DNA of 64,000 nt from Mobula hypostoma (taxonomy: Eukaryota): the NCBI RefSeq assembly GCF_963921235.1, contig NC_086097.1, positions 28,584,001-28,648,000 of the forward strand, written 5' to 3'. Under the pieces are notes generated by a model that saw nothing but the letters and a program-made list of their open reading frames with translations, searched no databases and had not been told where the DNA came from. Positions 40,206 through 52,443 of the stretch are shown in pieces. Every line of letters starts with the position of its first letter. Position 1 is the first letter of the stretch. Position numbers and translations under genes: made by a program.

Positions 40206-43200
40206 ACCATTTCTATTGACCGGAGAAGAAGGCAAGGCAGGTTATCGGTGCCCTAAAACCAGTCACTTTGGGCAGATGGGGCTTGTCAGCCATGGCTGGC
40301 AGGTCATCTAGGAGAAGGAAAACTCTGATCTCAAACCTCCACTGACTTGTGGCTAAACCCACTCCTGGGGACGGCGTTGGGAGTAAGCTTTGAGAAAGAA
40401 ATCCGGAGCTGGAGTCCCTAAGGCAATCCCACGTTGAGTTCAATGCTGACTGGCGACATCAAACTCTATCGGTCTCTGCCGTTCCTTTGGATTCATCAGC
40501 TGTGTGGAGAAGGGGAGCTTGCCGAATGGACAACAGCTTGTTCTCCATATCGTACTGCCCTGGCTTGCGTATCATGTAGATGGCTGGGACGCAACACTCA
40601 TGGTCGACCCTGAGTGACGGAGGGCCCCAAACAGAAATACCAGCATGTAATTACTTCATAAAAAGTGGTTTACAGTGCTTACAGTGCAATGAATGAAACA
40701 AATACTGACAGAACACATGCTGCTGAGTCCGTGAAGGTGAGAGTGCAGGCTGTGGAATCGCTTCAGTGCTGAGATAGTGAAGCCAGTTCAGGGGCCTGGT
40801 AACTACAGGGCAACAACTGTCCCTGAACCTGGCGGCTCTGACCCAAGACTCCTGCACCTCCCTCCCGCCCAATGGTAGCAGTAAGAGGAGAGGTGGAGGG
40901 GTCAAACGCAGGCAGATGGGATGGGCGCAGGTGCAGGATCTATCAAGATAACATGCAAGTTTATTTCGACTTTAGATTAAATTTTAATTTGTGATAGTTG
41001 ATCAGTGTAGGAAAAGGTGAACTTGGAGGGGTTAACATAGCTGCGATCCAGCCTGGAAACACACACTGAGCTGGTCTCTCCCCCTAAACTTATTCTATTC
41101 ATTCAGAGGCAAGGAACTGCAGCAAGAACCCATTAATCACACAGTCAAGTTTGCCTATGTACTGATTGACAAGACCTATAATCAGGCTAAACCTGCCAGC
41201 TTGTACAGAAAGACCTTCCAGCAGCACCAGACGGCTGTGAAAATTTGCCAAGACCTGCATCAGGGTGTAAACACGTTTACTTCAGGGTCTGGCGAAAACA
41301 GTCCAAGGCCAGTGTGCGGGTCTGCCTCACGGTAGAGGAATCAGACTGCAGGTCCTTGCCCGGCAGAGCTGGGTGAGAGATATTGCAACAACCTGATGCT
41401 ATGGCAACTTCCACTGTCTGTTGTAACTATAGACACAGAGAGAGAAACTGTGAAGCAATTAATCACATCAGTAGGGTGAGAAGTGATCACAAGCACATTC
41501 CAATTCATAATGTTGAGGAAACCACTCCAAACAGCTTCAAAAACATTCATGAGGAAACTAAGATTTTGTAATCAGATTGAAGAATTACAGAATAAAGTAG
41601 AAAATTATCTGTATTACTTCAAAGGTGTCATTGGACTAATCACTAGAGGTGATGATTCTAAGCACCTCCAAAGTTCAAAGCAAATTTATATAAATACATA
41701 GATGTCACAATATACTACTGTGAGAATCATTTTCTTACATTCACAGTAAAACAATGAAATTCAATAGAATCAATGAAAAACTACACACAAAGACTGACAA
41801 ACAACAAATGTGTAAATGCCAAACTTCAAATTTAAAATAAATAAATACGTGCAAAGAATATGAGTCTTTGAAAGTGAGTCCATAGGCTGTGGAATCAGTT
41901 CAGAGTTGGTGGATGAGGTTAAATCTGGTTCAAGAGCCTGATAGTTGAAGGGTAATAACTGTTCCTGAACCTGGTGGTGTGGGACCAAAAGCTCCTGTAC
42001 CTCCTTCCCGATGGCAGGGCCGAGAAGATAGCATGGCCTAAATTGTGGGGGCCTTTGATAATGAATGCTGCATTTTGTGGCAGTGCTCAAAAGTGGGCCA
42101 AGGCCTGCATCAGGGTGTGAATGCGTTTACTTCAGGGTCTGGCAAAAACAGTCCGAGGCCAGTGTGCAGGTCTGCCCCACGGTAGAGGGATCAATCGGAC
42201 TGCAGGCCCTTGCCCTGCAGAGCTGGGTGAGAGATAGGAATCCAAGTACCTCCAGGAAGTGAAGAAGCTAATGTCCCTGGTGCAATCACAACAACTTGGA
42301 GCTGAATGTTCTCAAAACCATGAAGATGCCTATCAACTTCAGGAGAAGTGTGCCTCCTCTCCACCCACTCATCATTAATACCTCTACAGTTGGCACCATT
42401 TCAGCATTCAGGTTCCTGGACATCATTATTCTGAGGTATATCTCATGTGGAAGAACCATTTCTCCTTCATAAACAAAAAGACTTGGCAGGGGAGTTCGAG
42501 GGTTCGATATTATCATTTAAAGAAAAATTGGATAGATATATGGACAGGAAAGGAATGCAGGGTTATGGGCTGAGTGCAGGTTGGTGGGACTAGGTGAGAG
42601 TAAGCGTTTGGCACGGACTAGAAGGGCTGAGATGGCCTGTTTCTGTGCTGTAATTGTTATATGGCTATATGTTATATGGGAGGTACTGCTTGTAGCAGTT
42701 GACCGAATTCCACCTTCCCCAGAACATACTAGTGCAATTCTACTCCGCCATCATGGAGAGCATCCTCACATCAGCAATTACATCTGGCTTGGGGCAGCAT
42801 CCTCTCTCAATATACAGAAGCTACAGTGAACTGTCAGGTCAGCAGAAAACGTCATTGGCTGCAGCCTACCACCACTGCAGGACTTGTGTATGTTCAGGAC
42901 AAAGAAGCCAGCAGGAAAAATCATTGCGGAAACTACCCACCCCGCAATCTACCTTTTCCAAAAGCTCCCTTCTGGAAAGCACTAAAGAGCTATTAAAACA
43001 ACAACCATACCATTTCCCCAATCTGTTCAGCCCCCCCTACCCCGCTCTATTTCCTTGTGAATGCACTGAAAACACTTTAAACCACTTTTTATTATGCTTG
43101 TGTTTCTGTATTTATACACATTTTATTCCAAGTCTATACTTTAACCCCCGACTTTATTTTCCATATAATTGAATGTTGTATATTGTTGCCTGCCCCACCA

Positions 43201-43739
43201 GCGCACCACAACAAACATTCAGGAGGCACTTGGACAGGCATATGGAGACGAAGGGTTTGAAAGGCCGTGGGCCGAACGCAGGCAACTGGGAGCGGCAGGG
43301 AGGGTCCTCAGTTCAGGATGGACTGGTTGGGTCGAGGCACCGGTTTCCGTGTTGTAGTACTGTACTCTGCTCTACTCTAGATCATCACCTGCGATGGGTG
43401 GCACAGAGTACTGTACTCAATCCAAGCTGCATTTGCTTATTATAGTTGCTTTTGATTAATTACATTTTGCAACCTTCCCCCTGGTCAGATTCCAGCTCAG
43501 AATCAGGTTTATTGTCACAGGCGTGTCACGAAATTTATCGTTTTGCGGCAGCACATTGCAATTACATTGGACCATAAGCAATAGGAGCAGAATTAGGCCA
43601 CTGGGCCCATCAAATCTGCTCCACCATTCCATTATCCCTCTCAGCACCATTCCCCAGAACCTTTGCCACCCTCTCATTCGTCTGAATGCCAGCAGGTACA
43701 GTCCCTGGCTATTCAATCTCTCCTCACAGGTTTTTTTAT

Positions 43740-44012
43740 TTTTATTGAAATACAGTGCAGAGTAAGTTCTTCCGGCCCTTCGAGCTGTGCTGCCCAGCAA
43801 CCCCCAATTTAACACTAGCCTAATCATGGGGCAATTCAAAATGACCAATTGAGCTATCAACCAGTACACCTTTGGGAGGAAACCAGAGCACCCAGAGGAA
43901 ACCCACACGGTCAGGGGGAGAACGTACAAACTCCTTACAGGCGGCTGCAGGAATTGAACCTGGGTCGCTGGCACTATAAAGTGTTGTGCTAACCACCACG
44001 GTACCGTGCTGC
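43740..44012 (-). mobile_element. tRNA-derived V-domain SINE (HE1-like); further copies at ~9885-10080, 12600-12870, 16950-17180, 28550-28825, 50780-51090, 54575-54855 and 59420-59680
   Basis: Conserved core GAGTTTGTACGTTCTCCCC..GTGGGTTTCCTC.GGGTGCTC.GGTTTCCTCCCA, with a B-box-like GGTTCAATTCC. Confidence 0.75.
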
Positions 44013-46247
44013 CCATTGAGGTTAACCCCCTCATCTCCGGAATCCTCCTCTGCACCACCTCTAGAGCTAGTCTATCTTTCCTCCAGCAACAAGAGTGGAA
44101 CCGCACGCAGTACTCCAGGTATTACCCTGCACAGTTGCAGCACAACCTCCCTGCTCCTAAATTCAATCTCTCTCGCAACGAAGGCCAATATACCATGTGC
44201 CTCTTTGATAATCCCTCTCGTGCTGAGACTGGCTCTGACTGAATGGTACAGCGAGTTCAAAGGACCGACTGGCTGACTCCAGCTGCTGTGAAGCGCATTG
44301 GAAAACCACTACTCGACAGGTGCTAAACAACTGCAAGTTTATGTTGCAGGAACCACCAATAGAAACCAGAATGGTTCAAAAGCAGAAATGGAATGCCAAA
44401 CATCAGTAATTGTACCTGTGACTGTGTTTAGCAGGTCACCAAACAATAAGACTTGGGTTCATTAGGTTTGAGTTTATATGGAATCGGTATTATTGGTGTA
44501 ACATTTCAGTTGACAAATGTTTTGGGTAATGGGATTGCATCTGACACATCTACAACATACTCGACCCATTTTTATTGCACCTTTACCAAAACTTGAGCAG
44601 GTACAGTTTCCAACAGCAAGCCTGCGGCCTGTCAAGTCATCAGAATTCTAAAGGGGGGGGGCGGGGGAGAAAGATACCAGAGTCTTGGTTAAAACTCTGA
44701 ACTTCGTATAGATTCTCCTCATCATAAATAGGTTCACCCCAAAAAATATCTTGAAGAGAAAGCTAAAAGCACTGATTTGTCACGGGTGTTGACTTGGAGC
44801 TGTGTCCGAGATTCAATTTCATATCCTGGACAGTGGATCTTTTAGAATGAGAACTTGTATCCGGACACAAGGATCCTGTTGAAGGGTCATGGTCCAAAAC
44901 TCTGACTGCCCATACTTCCTCCATAGCCTGAGCACCGAGTTCCCCCAGATCTATAGCCATCTGCAGTCTCTGCTGTGCCTCGCCGACACTAGAGGCAGTG
45001 GTATCAGCCAGGTGAAGGGAAGACATACAAAACCTCCAGACAGAGGAGCGGAGAGTCTGAAAGAGGATCTGAAAGTGTAAACTTAAAATAAGGAACTGTG
45101 GTAAACAAAACCTAGGTGCAGCAAAGATGCTCTGATCTGGAATGTACAGCCTGAAGGCAAGATAGAAGCAGACGGCTGCAACCTGCAAAAGGAAACGCAG
45201 TAAGTAGTTAAAGGGGGCACGGTGCAGAACCCCTGGGAAAGAACAGAAGGTAGGACCAGCAAACAATCTGCTGGAGGAACTCAGCAGGTCTATCAAAATC
45301 TGTGGGTTTGAAAGTCAAACCAGCGCAGGACTCAGTCATGGAGTCATAGAGCACTACAGCATCGAAGAGGCCCTTCAGCCCATTGAGTCCATGCTGGACT
45401 GTTTTTCTGTCTAGTCCCATTGACCTGCACCTGGTCCACAGCTCTCCATACCCCTCCCATCCATGTACTTATCCAAACTTATTTTAAACGTTGCAATCAA
45501 ACCCACATCCAATACTTCCACTGGCCGCTCGCTCCATACTCTCACCACCTTCTGAGTGAAGAAGTTCCCTCTCAGGTTCCCTTTCACTTTCACCCTTATC
45601 CCAACCTCAGCGGAAAAAGCCTATTTGCATTTACTCCATCTATATTCCTCAATTTTGTATACCACTATCTGATCTCCCCTTATTCTCCTACCCTCCAGGG
45701 TATAACTTACTCAACATTCACCTGTAACTTAGGTCAAGTCCTGGCGACAACCTTGTAAATATTCTCAGTACTCTTTCAATCTTATTGATATTCTTCCCAA
45801 TACTATGAACGGTGAGACACTAGGGAGAGCAATGGAACAGAAGAGACCTGGGTGTACAAGTGCACAACTCAATGAAAACAGCATCTCAGGTAGACAGGGT
45901 AGTGAAAAAGGAATTTAGCACGCAGGCCTTCATCAGTCAGGGCAAGTATACAGGAACTGGGACATTCTGCTGCAGTTACTATGGAGGCCACACTTGGGGT
46001 ACAATTTTGGTCAGCCATGATTGAATGCCAAACATACTCAGCCTTAATGGCTGAATTCTGCTCCTAGATCCTGTGGTCTTGATTAATATTCCAGCTGGGA
46101 TAAGGAACACACTTTGGACGGTCATTACAGGATTAGGGCGATTCAGAACCCCTGCTTGGAGAAGAACCCAGAGTCTATGCTAACGGAGTGCCACATTGTC
46201 CTATGTGTGCACTGAGGTGTTACACAGGAGTGGTAACTGCATGGTTC

Positions 46248-46863
46248 AGGCGGGAGGAGAGAGAGGAGCGCACTGCACGCATGCGCAGCCCTCCGGTGAA
46301 AAATAATATCGTACCTGTTAAATAGGGGCCGTGGACAATTCTGATTTGATGGAGAATGGACGTGAAAGCACAGAGGAACATCTGGAGAAAAATTTCTGAA
46401 ACGCTCGTTCGCTGCTGTCATTACTGCGTGGTCAGGAATCTTTCGGAGGGTAGGCCTCAAAATCCCCGGCTTTGCCTGCTGTTGGCAACCGAGGTTGAGG
46501 TCAAATCGTTTGGAGAGAGATGGCGCTCAGTATTCGGTGTCAGAGAGCTGATCAGAGCTCGAGGTTTTCAGATGACTCAGAGTCGGATTGTGGTCGGCAT
46601 GGCAGGGAGAGTTTTTCTTCCTTCTCCCATCTGCGTGAGATGTGGGACATTTGAGAGACTTTGAACTTTTACTGTGCTCATGGACTTCATCAAGTTATGG
46701 TATTGTTGCACTGTTGTTACAATTATGTGGTTTTGTCAGTTTTTTCAGTCTTGGTCTGTCCTGTGTTTTGTGATATCACACCAGAGGAAATATCGTATCA
46801 TTTCTTAATGCATGTATTACTAAATGACGATAAAAGAGGACTGCGTGTCTTCATAATCTAATA
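46248..46863 (+). mobile_element. ~600-bp non-autonomous retroelement with (TAATC)n tail; related to 51762-52443
   Basis: Shared 5' ggcgggaggaga and shared 3' ctaaatgac(g/a)ataaa..ggactg.gtgtc.tcataatctaat. CpG-rich. Confidence 0.65.
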
Positions 46864-49099
46864 ATATTGAAGAAAGACCTTAACTCTTCCTTTGAAATCT
46901 GGCTTCTCCCAGATTGCTGGCTAGTGTCTCACAGCTAATGAACTTGATTAAACTTTAGCACCACAGAGAACTTACTATTCCATTAACGAGGCAGTTGAGT
47001 TCATAGTTTATTCAGCAATCTGGGGTTGGGGGTCAGCTGCCCTGTGGTTCAATACCACGGCCTCTTGGGATCTCTACAAGGGCATCATCTGCAAGAGGAG
47101 ATGTGGGGCCAGGAGATGTTCACGTGTGTCCACACCAGGTTTTTCATACTATGGACATCCATCCATCATTACTAAGGCATCATGAAAAACCCTCACCATC
47201 TGAGACCTGCTCTCTTCCTGTTCCTGCCATCAGGGAGGAGGTACTCACTCGCAAATGAATCAGGAATAGCACCTTCCCCTCCCTCGGCTATGGGATTTCT
47301 GAATGGCCAGTGAACCCAAGAACGTTCCCTTAATTTTGGCACAATTTACATTGACTGTAATTTTCTGTCTTTGCACTGTAGTGCAGCTGCAAAACAATAA
47401 AAGCCAAGCCATCTAAGTCATGATGAATCTGAGAAATTTGGTTTCTTATTGTCACATGTACAAGAAAGAGTGAAAAGCTCGTCTTGTATACTGATCATAC
47501 AGATCAGATCATTACACAGTGCATTGAGGTAGAACAAGGTAAAAGAGTAACAGATTGCAGAATACAGTGTTACAGCTACAGATAAAGTCCAGTGCAGATA
47601 GACAATAATGTGCAAGATCATAACGAGGTTGATCATACCCTGGGGAAAGACTCATGATATAGGTGGGCCTTGATGGTCAGCGTGGATGTGATGGGTCCTA
47701 TGCTGTTTTACTCAATGGTAAACGTTTGCACTTTGTTGGGACTCACTGGGAAAGATGCTTCCCTGACCGCTCGCCGTCCATCCTAGCCAGTCAGGTGTCC
47801 TGCTGACCCTGAGAACCTGGTCTCCTGTCCATGGTTGACCAGTGCGTGGCCCCAGGCCCAGGTTTTCATCAGCTGACAAGGTCCCAACAGAGTGGCAAGG
47901 CCCTTGGATGAGCAGGTGGCAACCAGAGAAGGGGCCTGACTGCTGGCAAAGCCCTGCCCCCAGGCTCGAGCGTGCCCGATGCCAAAGCTGTCACAGCAGC
48001 TGAATGTTTGTGATATACAAACAGGATTGGTCATGAAAACAAATAGAAGTGTTAAAATATATTTTAAAGTTAAGCGTATTTAAACTGACAGATGAGTGAA
48101 AAGGCCAGCTGGGCAGCACGGCAGCTGGGGGTTTAAATTCATTTAAGTAATCTGGAATAAAACATTAATTGGTTGCCAAGAAACTACCAGGGTTGTTATA
48201 AACACTGATCTGGTTCACTAACATCTCTCAGGAAATCTGATCCTTTACCTGGTCTGGCCTGGGTTAACCCAGACACGCAGTAATGTCAAATCGAAGTCCT
48301 GCAACTGCGCAAATCAGCAATACAGCAGAAAATAATGGACCATGGAAATCAGCATCCCCTCCACGGACCCTGTCTTCACTTCTCGCAGCCAGGGTAAGCA
48401 AAGACCCCAGACATTACCTTCTCCCTCTCCCATCAAGCAGAAGATACAAAAGCCTGAAAGTATGTATGACCAGGCTGATTTATTCTCCCTCTCAACCCCA
48501 TTCTCCTGCCTTCTCTCCTAACCTTTGATGTCCTTACTAATGAAGAACCCATCAACCTCTACATCAAGTAACTTGGCCTCCACAGCCACCTGTGGCAATG
48601 AATTCCACAGATTTACCAGCCTCCGGCTAAAGAAACTCCTCCTCATCCCGGTACAATATTACGGAATACTTGAAAAGCAGCAGCTTACTTGAGGAAACAC
48701 AAAGCCAGTTCCAAATACTCAGCAACTGCGCTAAATTGACCCACTGTATCATAAAGAAAGGCACCCCCATCACAAAAGGTCACCAGAAGTTTTTCCTTCT
48801 CCTTTCACTGTCTTGTCCAATTTATGTACAAATTATATTCAGACGGATGCCTGTACTAACGTTGCCTACCATGTTGCTGTAAGCAAACTTTTTCCACTGT
48901 ACCTGTACCTCATTGTACTTGCGCACATAAACCTGGCTTGAATTGACTTGATAAAGGTGGCACCGAAAGAAATTAAAACTGATAAATAAAAATAATTATT
49001 AAAAGTGGGAGTGGGGATGGGGGAGGTGGGGGGGAGCAGAGCATGGGGCGGGGAATGTGGGGCAGGGGGCAGGGAGGAGGAGTGGAAGTTAGTTCTGCT

Positions 49100-49420
49100 T
49101 TTGATTTTTTTACATGTCAAAATAAACATTATTCATAACAAGTAAACTGTGCGATAGTTCACTTTCTTACGTTCATAGTTAATGTGTCATGTAGTGTTCT
49201 ACTATATTTCTTAAAATCAATACTACTGTTGCTATTCATGTGGCGTGGCCCTCTATTGTGGTACACTACTACGATAACTGAGGGGCTTCCCTGCCCCTCC
49301 CTCTCCAGTAGAGGAAGACCCCTACACTGTGGTCCTACTCCCACCGAGCCCCTGCCGTGGCTGCACCAAGCTTCTGTGCATCCCTCAGCAGGAACTCCTG
49401 CAGCCTGGAATGTGCCAAGG
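49100..49420 (-). mobile_element. Tx1-clade LINE 3' remnant
   Basis: Minus ORF segment LAHSRLQEFLLRDAQKLGAATAGARW resembles the Tx1 ORF2 C-terminus, followed by an AT-rich UTR. Confidence 0.55.
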
Positions 49421-49585
49421 CAGGAGAGGAGGCTGTGGACCGATGATGTTGGAATGGGAAGTTGAATTGAAATGGGTGGCCACTGAGATGTGAATAGAGT
49501 GAAGGTAGGCGACAAAGCGGTCCCCCTATGTTGGGTCTTACCAATGAAGAGCAGCCACTCTGGGGGAAGAGCGTAAGCCGTAGAT

Positions 49586-49791
49586 CAGGGGTCCCCAAAC
49601 TTGTGCGCACCGCGGACCGGTTTAATATCGACAATATTCTTGCGGACCTCGCGTGCATTCAAGTTCAACAGTGGGCGTGACAGGGAATAAGGAAAGGTGC
49701 AGCTGACTCATATCGGTTCATATCACCAAATCATATCGTTTCCTCGCGGCCCAGTAGCACATGCTCGCGGCCCGGTGGTGGGGGACTACTG
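49586..49791. mobile_element. hAT (Charlie-like) MITE
   Basis: TIRs caggggtccccaa / gggggactactg. Imperfect 8-bp TSD ccgtagat / ccataggt with central TA. Confidence 0.75.
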
Positions 49792-50548
49792 CCATAGGTA
49801 ACCAGCCACAACGTAACAGAATACAATAAAGAGGCGGATGAAAACATCCCCCCCCCCGCTCACTGGCGGTTGTTTCACATAATTAAACCATGTAAAACTC
49901 CACCCACCCAACACTAAACTCCATGAACATAACAGCTAGCCCTCTGGCCTGACAACGTCTGCACAATTAGATATGGCACTGGCCTCTCTCAACACACACG
50001 GTGCCAATTCATTCTCCAGAAGCTTGGGCACAGGCCAAGACCATGAAAATTAGACAGGGAAATTATTACACCAGGAAGTGAGACAAAGCCAGCAAACCAC
50101 AGGGGACAGATTTAAAATGTGCACATCAAACTTAATATTTAATTAAAGGATTTTGGCAATTTACTTGAAATACTAATTTATTTCTAATACACTCATCAGC
50201 CCCGTAAATTAAGCTCTGTTCACAAAGACTATGCGCTAACCACTCAGCATCTACTGTGCCCATGAAAACATTAATGAAAGGATGTCATGATCACTAATAC
50301 CAACCATCTACAACTCTACACTCATCTTCTCAGTATTATTTATTTACTTATTTTTTATTTACACAGTTTGTCTCCTTTTGCACATTGGTTGTTTATCAGT
50401 TTTTGTGTGTAGTTTTTCATGGATTCTATTGTATTTCTTTGTTCTACTGTGAATGCCTGCAAGAAGATGAAGCTTGCAGTTGTGTACATACATACGTTGA
50501 TAATAGATTTACTTTGAACTTTGAACTATCTGGGTGCAGCTGAGGCAT

Positions 50549-50735
50549 CAACACCAACTGGCCAAACAACATCTATCGAAGAACGTCAACACCAATTGGC
50601 CGAACAACATCTATTGCAGAACATCAACACCAAATGGCCGAACAACGTCTATTGCAGGACATCGACACCAATTGGCCGAACAACGTCTACTGAAGAACGT
50701 CAACACCAATTGGCCGAACAATGTCTATTGCAGGA
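50549..50735. repeat. 38-bp minisatellite, ~5 copies
   Basis: Units start at 50549, 50587, 50625, 50663 and 50701. Consensus caacaccaattggccgaacaac(a/g)tctattgcagaac(a/g)t. Confidence 0.9.
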
Positions 50736-51761
50736 TACAGTGGAGGCAAGGACTGGGAAGAGGGAGATATACTAGAAGGTGATATGGATAGCATTAGCGC
50801 AATGTTCTACAGCACCAGCTGTAAAATCGGGGTTCAATCCCCATCACTGTCTGTAAAGAGTTTGTATGGTCTTCCTGTAACCTCTGGGTGTTCCGGTTTC
50901 CTCCCACATTCCAAAATTGTACAGTTTAGCATAAATAACCTGTGGTCATGTCATGTTGGTGCTGGAAGCATGGTGACGATTGCGAGCTGCCCCCAGCACA
51001 TCTTCAAACCATGTTGGTTGTTGACACAAACAACATATTTCACTCTATGTTGCAAAGTACATGTGACGAATAAAGCCAATCTTAATCTTATCTCACTTTC
51101 AACACATGCTTTTCCATCCGAGGCTGCAGTAAGTGAGTCACATCAGCATGAATTCGGGGGTTCCTTGCTCTGGGGCTTTGCACAGTTAACCTTGCAATCT
51201 GTTGGCAATAGTCCCTTCACTGACCCAGAGATCAGGATCCAGCAAACCTGATCCAATGTAGTACAAGTTTGTAGGAAAATTATAAAACAGGAGAACACAT
51301 TCAATCTCATCTCACCATCCTGGCAGGATAGAATTATCCGCCAATCCCATTACACACCTATTTAACACATTTTATTGATAAATAAATTTTCTATATATTT
51401 CGGTGAAGCAGTCAACATAATCAAAGACCCCACCTTTCCATCCTGAAGATTCCCTCCCCCAACGGGCAGAAGATTCAAAAACCAGAAAGCACATATGACC
51501 AAGCTGTTATGAGACTAATAAGTAGCTTGCCAGTACGATAAGATGGACTCTTGTGCTCACAATCTTCACATTCTTGCAGTTTACTTGACGAAACTCCAGA
51601 GGTGACACCCAGCCTGGACATTCTCTCCTCTCCCCTCTGCCAACGGGTAGAAACGACAAAGCCTAAAAGCAGGTGCCATCTGGTTTAAGGACAGCTTCCA
51701 GCTGACATAAGGTACTGAATGGCTCCCTAGTGCATGTGACAATAATAAACTAATTCTCAAC

Positions 51762-52443
51762 GGGAGGCGGGAGGAGAAGATGGCGGCGCGACGCAGCTCA
51801 CAGCGGCCACTCCGGTGGTGATGTCTGTTACTTGTCAAGTAGGGTGCTGTACACAATCCTGATTTGATGGATACAGATGCGAGAGCATGGAGGAACATCT
51901 GGTGAAACTTCTGAAATGCCTGCTTCGCTGCTGCTGCTACTGTGTGATCCAGAATCTCCAGAGGGGAAAGCCCAGAGTCCTCAGCTTTGCTTGTTGCTCG
52001 GCGGCCGGGGCCGGGTCGAAGCGCTCGGCAGAGGATGGTGCTCGGAGAGGCTGTGTGGGAGGCTCGAAGTTTTCAGACAGACTCAGAGTCGGCTGTGGTC
52101 GGGTGCTTACAGTGGTGCTGCATCGGCAAGTTTGCGGCGCTTGGAGGTTCATGGCAGGGAGAGTTTCTCCCTTCTACCGTCTGTGTGAGATGATGAGGCT
52201 ATCGGAACTTTGAGACTTTTTTTTTACCATGCCCATGGTGTGCTCCTTATCAAATTATGTTATTGCTTTGCACTGTTGTAACTATATGTTATAATTATGT
52301 GGTTTTGTCAGTTTTAGTCTTGGTTTGTCCTGTGTTTTCTTGTGATATCATTCTGGAGGAACGTTGTATCATTTTTTAATGCATGCATTTCTAAATGACA
52401 ATAAATGAGGACTGAGTGTCCTCATAATCTAATCTAATCTAAC
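51762..52443 (+). mobile_element. ~680-bp CpG-rich non-autonomous retroelement with (TAATC)n tail
   Basis: Homologous to 46248-46863. Tail taatctaatctaatctaa. Confidence 0.65.

Noticed and set aside
50549..50735. CRISPR-like array, or repetitive protein ORFs (50521, 50534)
   Set aside because: The units are contiguous with no unique spacers, there are no cas genes and the context is vertebrate. The ORFs simply reflect a stop-free tandem repeat.
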